Positions 11,007-20,983 of a DNA stretch of 64,000 bases are shown piece after piece. The stretch spans positions 640,001 through 704,000 of the forward strand of contig CAWGMQ010000011.1 in assembly GCA_963823665.1 (NCBI GenBank), written 5' to 3'. Each line of letters starts with the position of its first letter. Position 1 is the first letter of the stretch. The notes below the pieces were generated by a model. The model saw nothing but the letters and a program-made list of their open reading frames with translations. It had not been told where the DNA came from and searched no databases. This DNA comes from an uncultured Planctomycetota bacterium (GTDB lineage: Bacteria; Planctomycetota; Planctomycetia; Isosphaerales; Isosphaeraceae). Made by a program: the position numbers and the translations under genes.

Positions 11007-11537
11007 ATGAGTTACAATCCCAAAGCAGTCGCAAATTTTTTGCTGGACCGGGCATCGGCGCAAGGTGATTTTCTCACGCCGATGAAGATTCAGAAATTGG
11101 TGTACTATGCGCATGGCTGGCACCTTGCGATCAAGGATTTACCTCTGATTAACGAGCAGGTCGAAGCGTGGGAATTTGGGCCAGTGATCCCGTCGCTCTA
11201 CAGGACATTCCGTCGATTCGGCAATCAACCGGTGCGTCCACCAGCTACGCAAACAGGATCTGAGTGGTTTGTTCCTGGGTACCCGATTTACAGTACGGAC
11301 TCGCCGTCAATCGATGACGATCCGCGCCAGGCGGAGTTCGCGAAGTCTCTACTCAATCGAATCTGGGAGGTCTACGGCGGTTATACCGCGGCGCAACTCT
11401 CAAATGCTACGCATGCTGTCGGCACGCCTTGGAGTCTAGTCTACAACAAGTATCAGGGGCAGATTCCGAAGGGGACTGATATCCCGACCGAATTAATCAA
11501 AGACTATTTCATGAAACTCAGCCGAAACGAACTGTAG
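11007..11537 (+). CDS. Panacea (DUF4065, SocA/GepA-like) antitoxin
   Basis: 'AVANFLL...LTPMKIQKLVYYAHGW...EAWEFGPVIPSLY...LSNATH..GTPW'. Confidence 0.9.
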   Translation: MSYNPKAVANFLLDRASAQGDFLTPMKIQKLVYYAHGWHLAIKDLPLINEQVEAWEFGPVIPSLYRTFRRFGNQPVRPPATQTGSEWFVPGYPIYSTDSPSIDDDPRQAEFAKSLLNRIWEVYGGYTAAQLSNATHAVGTPWSLVYNKYQGQIPKGTDIPTELIKDYFMKLSRNEL

Positions 11538-11542
11538 TCAAG

Positions 11543-12073
11543 ATGGCTGATGGCCGCGATGATGCGCCTGGAATAGAGAGCATCAAGCCGGCCCCTTCTG
11601 CGCCGTCGAATGACGTCGAGAATCTCACGAGTCACGAAGCGGCGGCGTACGGCCAGGGAAAGAAAAAGGTAACGCCGAGCGATCGCCATCAAGCAGAGGT
11701 CGATCGCCATCTTTTTACTTGGGACAAGCACTGCTCGAAATTGGAAGAGCGACTGGCTCAGCAGCAAGCGGAAATAAATGCGATTCGGGATGAGTTGACG
11801 AAGATTACGCCGGAACACGCGAGGCTAGCCGAGTCTTACAGGAATCTCGTTTATAACAACACGATTACGTCGACGGCGGCGGCGATCGGTGCAGTTATTG
11901 TGAGCCTCGCGGGGGCAACACCTTATTTCGTTCCCATAACCTGCGTCGGCGCTTCGGTGTTCGTGGTCGGACTTGCGTTGCAATGCTTGAACACATTTCG
12001 GAGTGGCTGGTTTGCAGGCCCAGGGCCACGCGCGGCAGTCGCCCGGCCGCCAAACCGTATTGGCAATCGGTAA
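11543..12073 (+). CDS. Coiled-coil plus 2-TM hypothetical protein, candidate Panacea-paired toxin
   Basis: 5 bp after the antitoxin stop; similar lower GC; heptad-like segment then two hydrophobic helices. Confidence 0.6.
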   Translation: MADGRDDAPGIESIKPAPSAPSNDVENLTSHEAAAYGQGKKKVTPSDRHQAEVDRHLFTWDKHCSKLEERLAQQQAEINAIRDELTKITPEHARLAESYRNLVYNNTITSTAAAIGAVIVSLAGATPYFVPITCVGASVFVVGLALQCLNTFRSGWFAGPGPRAAVARPPNRIGNR

Positions 12074-12274
12074 CAGCGCAGTAGGGCGGCCGCAAGATCC
12101 CAGTGCGAAGATGCGGCCGGTCAATGCCAGGTGATGAGAATGCCTCTGCGATGAACCATCAGACATGCCCGCGGCCATTGCCAGTGCGCTGGGAATCGAT
12201 GAGAATTTAGATGATCGTGTGTGCTCTCGCGCTACGCGAGCGGAGACTGATTCGTCTGCCGCGCGAGCGGATTA

Positions 12275-12335
12275 CTTGAACGAGGCGATCGAGCGGACCT
12301 GCCTGGTGGCGGGCCGGTGACCTTGGGCGTCCGGC
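12275..12335 (+). other. Degenerate attC-like site 2
   Basis: CTTGAAC-GAGGC-GATCGAGCGGACC...GGCCGGTGACC-TTGGGC-GTCCGGC, with 5- and 6-nt spacers. Confidence 0.5.
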
Positions 12336-12351
12336 GGCGGGGGCAAAGTCA

Positions 12352-12582
12352 GTGAGTGTCGAACAACGACCCCGATCCGGTCTCCACCGCCGCTTCGGTC
12401 TGATCGTCGGCGTCGGGCTCGGCACCGGGATGGTGGCCGGCCGAGGGGCCGAGAAGCTCTTAGCTCCGGGCCTCGGGGAGTGGGGTTCGTACGGCGCCGG
12501 ACGCTTGGCGGGCGCGATGGTCGCCGCGGTGGTCGGGCTGCTGGTGTCCTACGTGCTCGGCCGGCGCGGCGCAGGGGACTAA
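12352..12582 (+). CDS. Small 2-TM protein, cassette copy 2
   Basis: Lies between attC-like sites; its TAA stop is inside the R'' box GACTAAC. Confidence 0.65.
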   Translation: MSVEQRPRSGLHRRFGLIVGVGLGTGMVAGRGAEKLLAPGLGEWGSYGAGRLAGAMVAAVVGLLVSYVLGRRGAGD

Positions 12583-12676
12583 CATTGCGATGCAGCGGAC
12601 GCGGCCCGCCTCGGCAGACTCTGTGAAGATCGACGGTGACTCCGACGGGCCGGGCCGCTGAGATTTGGAGTCAGAC
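12577..12676 (+). other. attC site 3
   Basis: GACTAAC-ATTGC-GATGCAGCGG...CCGCTGAGA-TTTGGA-GTCAGAC. Confidence 0.65.
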
Positions 12677-12679
12677 ATC

Positions 12680-13030
12680 ATGCCGGAGACCTTCGAGCCC
12701 CTGGATGCTTCATTCGTAACCGCGGATGCCAGGGCCCCGATCCTGGCGTACGAGGGTGGTGCACTGCGTGTGCGGTTCCTTGACTGGTGTGAACGGTGCG
12801 TCGAGTTGGTATTCCATGGCGCGATCGCGTTGTCCTGGGACGACGGCGACGCGGCTTGGTGTGCCGCACACCGGGACGATGCCTGCTACATCGTTGCCGG
12901 ATCCGACTGGCTACGTCGGCACGTCGAAGTAGGGACGATCGAGGCCGCAAGTGGGCATCGCCATTACAAGCTCTGTTTCAATGCTGCGGGCGTCTTGCAG
13001 GTGATTGCGACGGGCTTGGAGATGGTCTAA
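12680..13030 (+). CDS. Hypothetical protein, integron-cassette ORF
   Basis: Starts 3 nt after the R' box; stop lies within R'' GTCTAAC; 'RHYKLCFNAAGVLQVIA'. Confidence 0.75.
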   Translation: MPETFEPLDASFVTADARAPILAYEGGALRVRFLDWCERCVELVFHGAIALSWDDGDAAWCAAHRDDACYIVAGSDWLRRHVEVGTIEAASGHRHYKLCFNAAGVLQVIATGLEMV

Positions 13031-13079
13031 CGTTGCTATGCAGCGGCTCGTTCCGCGCCGCTGATCCATGGCGTTCGGC
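13025..13079 (+). other. attC site 4
   Basis: GTCTAAC-GTTGC-TATGCAGCGG...CCGCTGATC-CATGGC-GTTCGGC; L boxes are inverted with one extra base; canonical spacing. Confidence 0.75.
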
Positions 13080-13132
13080 GACCGGGTGCCGATGACTGTT
13101 TCTGAGGCCATAGCGAAGCGAGGGATGACGCC

Positions 13133-14167
13133 ATGCGAACGGGGACGATCACGATAGCCGCGACGATTCTGATCGCGGTGGGCTGCCTGACGGCGGCGTC
13201 CGCGGACGACGGGAAATCCGTGCGGGTGACGGTCGATAACTTTCGCCGTGCCGAATCCGACACGTACTTCGCCCGGTTCGTGAAGGAAGGCGGATTCGCC
13301 AAGTTCAAACACGAGCGCGAGCTTGCTCGGATCGACAACCAGACGGTGATCCGGCTGAACCGAGACACCTTGTACTCGTTCGGGGTGTTCGACCTCGCCG
13401 CCGCGTCGGTCACTGTCACGCTGCCGGACGCCGGCAAGCGGTTCATGGCGATGCAGGTCATCGATGAGGATCAGTACGCGCCCGACGTGTTCTACGCACC
13501 GGGGGCACATACCCTCACAAAAGAGAAGGTCGGCACGCGGTACGTGTGCCTGGCACTACGGACGTTCGTGAACCCCAACGATGCGGCGGACGTGAGGGCC
13601 GTCCACGCCCTCCAGGACGCGATCAAGGTCGAGCAGACGGCGGTGGGCACGTTTGCGGTGCCCGATTGGGACCAGGTGTCGCTGAAGAAGATCCGCGAGG
13701 CGCTGCTGGCCCTGGCGGCCGCCAACGGCGGAATCGATTCGGCGCGGATGTTCGGCCGGAAGGACAAGGTCGATCCGGTCCAGCATCTGATCGGCACGGC
13801 GGCCGGCTGGGGCGGCAACCCTCCGTACGCCGCCCTCTACGCGGGCGCCGAGCCGAAGCAGAACGACGGCAAGACGGTGTACCAGCTTACGGTCACGGAC
13901 GTGCCGGTGGACGGGTTCTGGTCGGTCAGCGTGTACAACAAGGGCGGCTACTTCCAGAAGAACGCGCGGAACGCCTACACCGTGAATAACGTCACCGCCA
14001 AGCCGAACGCGGACGGTTCGGTGACGATCCACTTCGGCGGCGACGAGAGCGCGCCGAACTGCATTCCCATCGTGCCGGGCTGGAACTACCTCGTCCGAAT
14101 GTACCGCCCGCGGAAGGAAATCCTGGACGGCACCTGGAAGTTCCCGGAGGCCCAGGCGGTGGAGTGA
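13133..14167 (+). CDS. DUF1254/DUF1214 exported protein
   Basis: Signal peptide; 'VTVDNF.RAESD.YF', 'IRLNRDTLYS', 'VPVDGFWSVSVYN', 'RMYRPR'. Confidence 0.9.
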   Translation: MRTGTITIAATILIAVGCLTAASADDGKSVRVTVDNFRRAESDTYFARFVKEGGFAKFKHERELARIDNQTVIRLNRDTLYSFGVFDLAAASVTVTLPDAGKRFMAMQVIDEDQYAPDVFYAPGAHTLTKEKVGTRYVCLALRTFVNPNDAADVRAVHALQDAIKVEQTAVGTFAVPDWDQVSLKKIREALLALAAANGGIDSARMFGRKDKVDPVQHLIGTAAGWGGNPPYAALYAGAEPKQNDGKTVYQLTVTDVPVDGFWSVSVYNKGGYFQKNARNAYTVNNVTAKPNADGSVTIHFGGDESAPNCIPIVPGWNYLVRMYRPRKEILDGTWKFPEAQAVE

Positions 14168-14220
14168 CCGGTCCGGGTGCCGTGACCGCTATCACGCGAC
14201 ACGGAAAATGGTCAGCGCTT

Positions 14221-14373
14221 GGGAACGGGCCGGAAATAACTTCCCGATTTCAGACGGATGCGGGAACGGCTCGATAGTTCCATTTTGGCAGAACCTCGTC
14301 GAACACGATTTTCAGCAAAAGCGGGCAGTTATTTCCGACCCGGCCGTAGGTCAACCCAGGTCTGGTACTTGCC
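14221..14373 (-). mobile_element. ISAzo13-family remnant (transposase C-terminus plus right end)
   Basis: Minus strand 'KIVFDEVLPKWNYRAVP*' preceded by 'KYQT', followed by GGGAAGTTATTT...CGTTCCC. Confidence 0.65.
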
Positions 14374-14499
14374 GGTGGGGTTGGCGTCCGTAGAGGCAAC
14401 TTCGGCCAGAGGAAACGGCCGGAGCCGGCCGGAAAAGTGTATAACCGGAGCATTCCCGGCGCACTAACAGGTAAGGGGCGAGGAGGAGGGATTGAAAGC

Positions 14500-16956
14500 A
14501 TGGCTGCGCTTTCCACTGACACGATGGCCCGGCCGCTCGATGCGCTCTTTCGCGACGGAGCGCTGGGCGGTCTGAGTGATGCGGAGCTGCTGGAGCGGTT
14601 CCCGGCGTCTGGGGCTGCATTCGACGTGCTGATGGCGCGGCACGGGACGATGGTGCTGGCGGTTTGCCGCCGGATCCTCCGCGACGGGCACGCGGCCGAC
14701 GACGCCTTCCAGGTGACTTTCCTGGTGCTGGCGCAGCGGGCGCAGGCTATCCGGCGGCGCGAGTCGTTGGGGCCGTGGCTGCACGGTGTCGCGCGACGCG
14801 TGGCCCTGCGGGCGCGGGCGGCCGCCGCGATGCGCCAGGAACGGGAAGCCCGCGCGGCGATCGACCCCGCCGCCGCCGTGACCGAGCCGGGCGACGATGA
14901 CGTGGGCCCCGCGCTACACGCCGAGATCGATCGCCTGCCAGAAAAATACCGCGCGCCGATCGTGCTCTGCTACCTCGAGGGGCGGACGATCGAGGAGGCT
15001 TCCCGTCAGCTCGGCTGGCCGGTCGGCACCGTCGGTGGGCGCCTGGCCCGGGCGCGCGACCGGCTGCGCCATCGGCTCGTCCAGCAGGGGCTGGTCGCGC
15101 CGGCCCTGTTGGTCGCGCCACCACCTCCCAATACCGCTTCGGTGGCGTCCGTGCCGCGGGCTCTGGCCGTTTCCACGCGCGCCGCTGCGCTTCAGCTCGC
15201 GGCCGGCCGGCCGGCGACCGCGGTGGTTCCCGCCATCGTCGCAAACCTTTTGGAGCAGACCGTGCGAAGCATAGCATGGACCAGGTTCATGATCGGTGCC
15301 GGGATTTGTGGGCTGCTCGGGACCCTGGCGATCGGGGCTGCCGGCATCAGCCTGATGGCCGGCGACGTCGATGATCCCACGCCACCACAGCAAGAAGCCC
15401 CGACAAGAGCAGCATCAGACCCTCACCGGCCAGCCGCGAATCCGGTCGCCGAGACGCTCAACCAGGCATCAAAAGCGGCCGCCGGCTTGAACGATTCGCA
15501 AGAAAAGCTGGACGCGTACCTGGCTCTCGCCTGGGCCCAGATCAAGACTGGTGACCCGGCCGGCGCGCACGTCAGCCTCGATCGCGCAACGGAGGCGGCA
15601 AGTGCGCTCGAGTTGGAACCCCGATGTTACGGCCGTGTGCAGATCGCCCAGGCGCGCGGTGAGGCCGGCGATAAGCAGCGAGGCCTCGATCTACTGGCCG
15701 ATACGCGCATCGACGTCGAACAGCTCGGGAAGAGGCGGATCTGGCTGCTGAGGGACATCGCCAAGGCCCAAGGCGAGCTCGGCGATCGCGTTGCCGCGCG
15801 TGCGACTATCAAAGCCCTCGATCTGGCAATCCTCAGCGCGGAGGACCGGCTGAAGGGGCGCTGGAATGACGACCTGTTCGCCGTCGCCGAAGCCCAGCTT
15901 GCCATCGGCGACGTTGAAGAGGCGTTCATGACTTGCATCCCCAGCAGCTATGGCGTGGGTGCCAACAGGAAGCTGTCAAAACGCCTCGAGGATCAAGCCT
16001 CGATGTTGACCCAGCTTGCTTCGGCGGCGGCCGACGACAACCACCAAAGCCGGCACAGCTACCCGGCAAGACTCATGTCCAACGCTGAAAAAGTCACCCG
16101 CCTGGCAATCGTCCGCCGTGCGGTGAAGGCCGCGGAGGCGCTGTCCGACACCAGCGAAAATCGCGTTGCGTGGGCGGCGGCACTGGGCGAACTTGGCGCC
16201 TTCGACGAGGCCTTGCTGGTTGCCCGTCGGGTCGATCAAAAACAGATTCAACAGCCCGGTCAGGTCGACGCGATGTGGGCCTTCTGGCGGATCAGCTTCA
16301 GCCAGGCCAAGGCAGGGAACCTTGATGCTGCCCGTGCGACGTTGCGCGAAGCGAGCCGAGTGGAGACGCCCCCGAAAGCAGACTCCAAACTATCCCGAGT
16401 CGGCCTGGCCTCCAGTTTCGTGGTGGCGAGAAGCTTCGATGAGGCCATCAAGATCGCGGAAACTCTCGACCCCGAGGTCCGCGCCGAGATCCTGTCGCAA
16501 GTCGCCAGGCACAAGCAGCGCGACGGCGACCGCGCCGGGGCCGAGGCCTTGTTCCGCCGCGCCCTGATGGATGCCGGCCGGTTCCTGCACAGCCCGCCGC
16601 CGCAAGCCGGCGAAGAACCGGGCGGACCGGTGCCCGCCGCACGCGAGGACGGGCCGGACCAGCCTGGTGAACCTGACCCGAACGCCAAGCATCAGACGGA
16701 GGGACTGTGCCTGCTCGCCAGGATCCATGCCAGCGCCGGCGACTGGGCATCAGCCGCGAGGACCTTCGCCGTCATCTCGCCTGAAGACCAGCAACAGCGG
16801 GTGACGGCCCTCCTGATCGCCGCTCTTCGGTCTCATTTCGGCGATGTCGCCGGCGCCTTGGCCTGGGCCCGTTCGCTTCCTTCCGCGTCGCTCCGCGCCT
16901 GGGCCCTGCGCGGTCTGGCCATGGGCATCTTCGACCGGGAAGCCATCGATTATTAG
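14500..16956 (+). CDS. ECF sigma-70 factor with TM helix and long TPR-like extension
   Basis: 'RHGTMVLAVCRRIL..ADDAFQVTFLVL', 'RLPEKYRAPIVLCYLEG...GTVGGRLARAR'; RBS GAGGAGG. Confidence 0.9.
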   Translation: MAALSTDTMARPLDALFRDGALGGLSDAELLERFPASGAAFDVLMARHGTMVLAVCRRILRDGHAADDAFQVTFLVLAQRAQAIRRRESLGPWLHGVARRVALRARAAAAMRQEREARAAIDPAAAVTEPGDDDVGPALHAEIDRLPEKYRAPIVLCYLEGRTIEEASRQLGWPVGTVGGRLARARDRLRHRLVQQGLVAPALLVAPPPPNTASVASVPRALAVSTRAAALQLAAGRPATAVVPAIVANLLEQTVRSIAWTRFMIGAGICGLLGTLAIGAAGISLMAGDVDDPTPPQQEAPTRAASDPHRPAANPVAETLNQASKAAAGLNDSQEKLDAYLALAWAQIKTGDPAGAHVSLDRATEAASALELEPRCYGRVQIAQARGEAGDKQRGLDLLADTRIDVEQLGKRRIWLLRDIAKAQGELGDRVAARATIKALDLAILSAEDRLKGRWNDDLFAVAEAQLAIGDVEEAFMTCIPSSYGVGANRKLSKRLEDQASMLTQLASAAADDNHQSRHSYPARLMSNAEKVTRLAIVRRAVKAAEALSDTSENRVAWAAALGELGAFDEALLVARRVDQKQIQQPGQVDAMWAFWRISFSQAKAGNLDAARATLREASRVETPPKADSKLSRVGLASSFVVARSFDEAIKIAETLDPEVRAEILSQVARHKQRDGDRAGAEALFRRALMDAGRFLHSPPPQAGEEPGGPVPAAREDGPDQPGEPDPNAKHQTEGLCLLARIHASAGDWASAARTFAVISPEDQQQRVTALLIAALRSHFGDVAGALAWARSLPSASLRAWALRGLAMGIFDREAIDY

Positions 16957-18052
16957 CTGCTGGATATTCGCGAAGTAATCGTTTAGAAAAATCGGCTGTG
17001 CGGTCTTTGCGGGGCGCGAACCCCCCTCCGCGGCTGCGACGGCACCCTCCCGACTGTGCGACCCCCCCACCGCCGCCAGCGCCGGCGCTTCCCCCCACGA
17101 GGGGGGAGGAATACACGCGAGCGCAGACTGGAGGAATCTTGTTTGTTAATCGATCTAGTCGCTGGAACCCGGAAAGTTTCTGGAGATTTCCCGGTCGGAA
17201 GCCCGCGGAATCTGCAAGATCGTCGCATATTGTAGGTGAGGGCGTGCGCTGCGCGGGGAGTGTTGCATCCGGTCTGAGCCGGCTCGTGGCACCGACCGCG
17301 TGTTCAAGGGAAACGCGGATATCGGAGGAATTCATTTATGAGCGAGGGAAGTATCACAGGGGCGCGAAGAGTTCCAGGGGCTCGGAGCGCCTCGCTATTG
17401 ACCTTCGCCCCGTTGGGACAGGGACCTGGCCGGCGCGTGGCCGACAGGACGTGCCGGCCTCACGGCGCCTGCGTCCCGCTGAAATCAGATGAACATCATG
17501 GATTCAGAATGCGGTCGATTTACACTAGTGTACGGATGCTGGATGGCCCTCAGAATATTGCCACTTTTTGCCATTTTCATGACGAACTCGACGATTACTT
17601 CGGGTGGAGTCGCGGCTCCGCAAGTTCAATAAGCATCATCGAATAGGAACAGAACGATGGCTTTCTCCGGCGATGGCAAAAGGTGGTGGCACGTGCCACC
17701 GAAAATTGCCACGGCAAATCGGTGGTGTTGTTCACTATGTTTTTTGGCCCTTTTCACGGCACTCGAGGGGAGATTCGCGCCGGCTGGGGCGTGTGCGTGC
17801 TTCCCTGCGCACAAGGCCCCTCCGTCGCCTGCGCCGGCACCTGCCGACAAGGGCGGGAGGAATGCCCGATGCCCCTTTGTGGAGCGAAGGGCGACAATGG
17901 GGTGGCAATGGGGCGGGGTTCCTCGAAGCGATTTCAACGATGCGGGACCGGTCGCGGGCTTCGCTGTGGCGATTCTTGATCGAAGGCAGGTGCTCGTGGG
18001 CGATGTTTCGGCTTGCGGTTTGGCGGATGATTCGCAGTCTCCACTGCGCCAG

Positions 18053-18110
18053 TGCGTTCCCGTAGTCCTTGCGGCGTAAGGGCGCGCGACGAATATACAA
18101 AACGAACTTG
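18053..18110 (+). repeat. ~58-bp dispersed repeat (CGTTCCCGTA..CCTT...CGCGACGAATATACAAAACGAA), copy 1
   Basis: Reverse-complement copies at 52271-52330, 53351-53410 and 53761-53820. Confidence 0.8.
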
Positions 18111-18453
18111 GACGCGGAACACGAGAGGCACGCAAATGCGAGCACAAGCGTTCCGGGCCTTTGGACGCGCTGGCGTGCGATCGGAATTGTCACAGTCGAC
18201 CTCGTCACTACGAGCAAATGGTACGTGCGGTAAGCACAGCCAAGAAAAACACGAGTGTGCCTTAAAATGCAGTTTGGTTGGCCCAAGTGTCGATCAATCT
18301 GTGAGCAAGGCAGGCGCGAGCGGCACCTGGGCGTATCGATTCGGCGCAGGGACGACGGGCCGCAGCGCTTTGTTGCCGTACTGGCGCCGTGGGCGCACGG
18401 AGCAGAGCAGAGCTCTCTGCTGCGCTCTGGATATGAAGGTGGGGCTTGAGAAT

Positions 18454-19976
18454 ATGATCGCGACCGTCTCTACGGACAACGCTACGGGAGACTCGCAGGA
18501 CAATGACGGTCCGATCAGGGTGCTTTTGAGACTGGCCGAGGCTGGGCGGGTATCTCGATCGGGCGATGGGAGCGTTCACGTCCGAGTGCCGGTTGGTGAC
18601 CGACACGAGGTTTATGGGATCAGGTCCGGTGCGTTCCGCGACTGGCTGATCGGGGGGTATTTCGGGGAGCGCGGCGAGCCGCCGGCTCCTTGGATGATCG
18701 CGCGAGTTGTCGGCTTGCTCGAAGCGCGGGCGCGGTTTGACGGAGACACGCCGTCGGTGTTCGTTCGCGTCGCCCCGGCGGGCGATACGCGCGGCCGATG
18801 CTCCTTTCTGGATCTGGGCGATGGCACCGGAGCGGCGATCAAGATCAGTGCGGAAGGGTGGGAGATCACCGAGCGGCCGGATATTCAGTTCAAGCGACCA
18901 GCGGGGATGCTGGCGTTACCGGTGCCGGTGCGCGGAGGGTCGATCGAGCTGCTGCGGCCGTACGTGAATGTTGACGACGCGGGGTTTCGACTGGTTATTG
19001 CCTGGTTGACGTCGGCGCTCTTGCCGGTGGGGCCCTACCCGATCCTGAGCCTTCACGGTGAACAAGGGACCGCGAAATCGACTCTCGCCAGAATGCTCCG
19101 GCTGCTGATTGATCCGCAGGCTTGCGCACTTCTGGCCGAGCCGGCGAGCAATCGGGATCTGATGGTGACGGCGCGGAACGGATGGCTGCTGGCTTACGAC
19201 AACATCACCGACATACCTGGCTGGCTTTCTGACAGCCTGTGCCGGCTGGTCTTTGGCGCGGGCTTTTCGGGACGCGCTCTGTATACCGACGACGAGCGGA
19301 TCGTGCTGCAAGCGCAGCGCCCCGTGATCCTGAATGGAATCGAAGATTTCGTGCGCAAGAGTGATTTGATTGATCGCACGGTCATCGTACAAATGCGCTC
19401 GATCAGCACAAAACGGCGGCGACATGAAGAGGAACTCTGGGCGTCGTTCCGAGCGGATCAACCTCTGATCCTGGGCAGCGTGCTCGACGCGGTTGCTCAC
19501 GGGTTGCGCGAGCTGCCCGGCGTGAAACTGGAGCGAATGCCGCGGATGGCCGACTTCGCCGGTGGGGCGTTGCCGTCGGCCGCGGGCTCGGCTGGCGACC
19601 CAATGCGTTTCTGTCCGCTTATGAGAAGAACAGGATCGCGGCGACCGAGGGATCGCTCGATGGCTCGCCGCTGGGGACATTCCTGCTGACGCTTGCGGGT
19701 CGCTGGCTCGACTTTGATCGCAGCCCGACCGAAATGCTCGAATTGTTCACCCGCGACGTGGATAAGAAAATCGCGAGATCGGCCGGCTGGCCAAAAAACG
19801 CGCAGGCGTTCACAGGTGAGCTGCGGCGGATCGCACCACAACTTCGAATGCGGGGCGTTATCGTCATTTTTCGACGGACTCACAAGGGCCGTCGTATTCG
19901 CATTGTGACGAAGCGCTATCGCGCGTGCGCTGAGGGTGCCCTGGACGCGGATGCCTTGGAACAGCGGCCGGACTGA
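18454..19976 (+). CDS. Phage/plasmid primase-associated P-loop ATPase (frameshift near 19560)
   Basis: Walker A 'GEQGTAKS', 'YDN', 'RALYTDDE', 'RPVILNGI', 'PRMADFA'; C-terminus 'WPKNAQAFTGELRRIAPQLR' is in another frame. Confidence 0.75.
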
Positions 19977-20001
19977 TCGGTCGGTGCGAACCCAACCACT
20001 T

Positions 20002-20122
20002 CCTCGACACGCCTCGACACGACATCGACACGACATCGACACGCGGTAAGATCCAGAGCAGTTGGCGTTTAAGGCAAATACCTGCTGTATTTCGCAAAAG
20101 TCCTCGGAACGCCTCGACACGC
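20002..20122 (+). repeat. Iteron-like TCGACAC(G) direct repeats
   Basis: Four copies at 10-11 bp spacing (20004-20043) and a fifth at about 20114. Confidence 0.7.
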
Positions 20123-20411
20123 GTAAGTGATTACGCCACAGGGGGATGCCGAGAATCGGTGAAAACTGCCGGTTCTCGATCTTTTGCGCGGCGTATCGCG
20201 GCCGAAAGGGGGTTTGCCGCGTGAATGTGTGTGATCAGTGTGGGGGCGCGGGGTATGATCACCTGGCGCAGCGGATATCGTCACCCTGGAAGGGACGGGT
20301 TCATCCGCTCGTGAGGGGTGCTCGCATGGCGCGGCACCATGTCTGGAATTTTCACAATCCGCGACTCTCGATTGCTCCGTCGGGGACCGGTTCAGCGCTG
20401 CCACTTGACGC

Positions 20412-20760
20412 TCACTCCGGTGTTTTTCGCTGCCACTCGACATTCACTTTGATGCTTGCGTCGGCGGTACCATGCACGAGCAAGATTTGCAGCTCACCCG
20501 TTTCAAAGCCGAAGTTGAGAACCGAACTCGATCCGAGCGCTACTGATGCGCGTTTTCTGAAAGCCACTGGTGAGTTCCTGGCAGAGGGCAACGATCGCGG
20601 CCGACGTCTTTCCGAAGCTTTTTTCATTGAAGCCGCGAACGTCGCTCGGACCTCGTTCGTTCAAGTCGGGAGAGATCTGGACGAATACCTCCGTCTCGCT
20701 GGACCCCACTGGGATGCGAATGTAATCGTATCGTGATGCAGCGGGGGCTTTGGCGGACAT
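20412..20760 (-). CDS. Trypco1-like (CU044_2847-type) protein, frameshift near 20520
   Basis: Joining two frames gives '...ARIEFG-LNFGFETGELQILLVHGTADASIKVNVEWQR', matching the Trypco1 C-terminal pattern. Confidence 0.6.
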
Positions 20761-20983
20761 TGAATTGCCCTTTACTCAAGCAAGGCTGGCTTTCGGAATT
20801 GCCGGTCCGTCAGGCTGGTCGCTCGATTTGCTACTTGCTTGGGAAAGCCGACGGGCTCGGCGATGGCCGCTGAATCTAGAGTATATCGGCGCGATCGATC
20901 GAGTTCGAGGGCACCTCATCATTCGATCAGCGGGAAGGAAATGCCGCGCGGTTGCACCCGGTTGCAGAGATAGGTAAAATGAG

